Assembly: GCA_024704765.1 (NCBI GenBank) | Contig: JAKMXF010000305.1 | Span: forward strand, 286,682-350,681 | Length of the DNA stretch: 64,000 nucleotides | Reading direction: 5' to 3' | DNA from: Oopsacas minuta | Lineage: Eukaryota; Animalia; Porifera | Shown: one piece after another, positions 62,161 to 64,000 of the stretch | Position numbering within the stretch: the first letter of the stretch is position 1 | Layout of the letters: every line of letters begins with the position of its first letter | Program-made: the position numbers and the translations under genes | Notes under the pieces: model-generated | Seen by the model: only the letters and a program-made list of their open reading frames with translations | What the model was told of the DNA's origin: nothing | Database searches by the model: none

Positions 62161-63478
62161 CTAGTTGGAGAATATATCCACCAGACCATACTAAGACGAA
62201 GTTCCATACAAGTGTAGACACCATCTCAGCATGAGAACGGATGTTAATCTTCCGTATTATCTATACCTCAAATAAATTTGATTTTGAGATAATACTTTAG
62301 ATTAACATGTTAATCCGCTCCCAGACCGAAATGATGTGCTACACCTTGCAAGAACTCTTAATGTTGTTGTAGTTTACAAAAGTGGTGTAGGGATGTAGGG
62401 TCTATTACCATTGTAAATGTAGAATGATATTCAAGGATTCAAAAATTATTAATGCAAATATGTCAGTTCCATAGGGTTTGGAATCCGAATAGAAACGCTA
62501 TCAGAATTATTGATCAAATAATAATTTGATGTGATTAAGCTAGTTCATTGTGATAGATGTGCTTAATCGTCAGTTAAAAATTGCATTTATTAACACAATA
62601 AAGATGCGATAAAAAAGCATCACTATTGCTACATGGTATATATGGTAACCAGTTAGAATTTTACGGTAATTCTATCTATTGAGCTTCACAGGTATAAGGT
62701 AAGAGGTAGAAGCGAAATTGAAATTGAAAAGAGCAAAAAATGAAGGAAAAACAAACAATCTAAAATACAGTAAATTGCATTAATAAAGTGGATGCTGGTA
62801 ATAAGAACTCGTCGGGAGCTGGACATAATGTTCTTATATCCGACATGTCCTTATAACCAGTATGTAGCATAAAGAGGATATTGGTTATGAGGACACTTCG
62901 AATAAACACATTTAGATTCAGAATATGGTAGAAAATGGTCCTCATATAGACTATATTATTCATGCCAATTCCATTGACCTACCGGTAATAAGAACAAATT
63001 TTAGTACTATTCTAACTTAGAATAGTAAGAAAATTGGTCATAGAATTCTAAAAGTGTTCATATAACTGGCATGAAGTATATTGGGGTATATGGCAACCGT
63101 TTCTTGAATAATGTTCTTGTATCCAGCATGTTCTTGTAAAGGGATATAATGGTCTAATATATGAGAAAAATCCAAGGAGTATAATACGAAAGTTTCATAA
63201 ATAAAGTCAAGGTTCTTGAAACCGACTTGTTTATATTACAAGAGTTCTTATAAGTGGCATATACTGTAGTAGAATATAACCTGTGAAATGACCAAACTAA
63301 AGTCAAGCAATCTAAGATATATGGCCCGTAGAGGCACAGCAAAATTATTCAAAATGGCACGTAGCATAGAACTTTAAGCACCCCTGACATAGATCCAGAA
63401 TATTAATTTCTGGAAGATTTAATGACCTCAAATATATACCTACAATATATTAGAAATATATTTCAAATTTTTAGAAAC

Positions 63479-63696
63479 CTCTATTTCCACGTTTTTGTCA
63501 GTTTTCTTAGTATACTTTGGAAATGTTCCAGTCTTGAGGCGTATATATAAGTCATTCCGCTTCATTTCAGGCAGAATAATCTCTGGAAACGAAAGTCTGT
63601 CACAAACAGCAGTTTGAGGTGTAAATAAATAAGAATTGGAAGATTTAACTTCTTCTAAAGTGCCATGCAAGGGCTTTAGATTAATAAAAACGCCAC
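63479..63696 (-). CDS. DOCK: DOCK-A/B family GEF exon (first in window; entry into DHR-1/C2 domain)
   Basis: Encodes GVFINLKPLHGTLEEVK...DRLSFPEIILPEMKRNDLYIRLKTGTFPKYTKKTDKNVEIE, resembling DOCK1 [39 protein letters not shown]. Acceptor ttttag|GT, donor GAG|gtttct; 218 nt = 2 nt + 72 codons. Confidence 0.92.
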
Positions 63697-64000
63697 CTAA
63701 AAGTACAAATGAAGAATCAAAATCATAAACATGAAGTCTTGATTTCCAATACTCAAATTCATTTCGATGAGATATAGCCAAAAAATATTGCGCAGTAAAG
63801 GATAATACCACATATGGGCATTATCAAGATTGCGTAATAATCACCAGAGATATCGTATGGTAATGTTTTCAAGGTATTAGAAATCTGCTAGATTATAATA
63901 TTCACAAGACTATTTGACCATAATATTAAAGATTGTCAAGTTGTGGATGAAGATCAGCAACAATGTAGTATCGATGGTCGTAACTATAACTCCCTGAAGT

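Noticed and set aside
1-64000. CRISPR array, prokaryotic operon, rRNA or intact tRNA genes
   Set aside because: No regularly spaced repeat-spacer units or RNA-gene signatures; the spliced gene and eukaryotic transposons indicate nuclear DNA.

Overview
AT-rich eukaryotic (animal-like) genomic DNA with no prokaryotic features, rRNA, intact tRNA or CRISPR array. The whole window lies inside one minus-strand host gene, a DOCK-A/B (DOCK1-5 type) Rac GEF. Six exons (63479-63696, 58245-58495, 38151-38316, 29754-30032, 17987-18214, 6202-6446; 1,387 nt) join in frame through GT-AG sites and encode the DHR-1/C2 domain and the start of the helical region. The 5-20 kb introns are packed with decayed, often nested cut-and-paste DNA transposons, roughly half of the window by my boundaries. 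These include three DD37D maT elements, two mariners, a Tc1 relic, a pogo/Tigger, several hATs (one Buster-type), two MULEs, an intron-containing THAP/P element, two Chapaev3-like elements, a stand-alone KRBA2/SCAND3-type integrase and two RAG1-core-like Transib sequences. Retroelements are nearly absent. Most notable: the Transib/RAG1-like relic at about 48.6-50.4 kb; a TIR-less Transib fragment embedded antisense in the P element; a GC-rich FLYWCH-MULE suggesting horizontal transfer; a MULE whose ends sit in (TA)n; and a dispersed GCGAAGC hairpin family with covarying stems. All family assignments come from motif recognition by eye, with no database search. No clearly new biological system is demonstrated.
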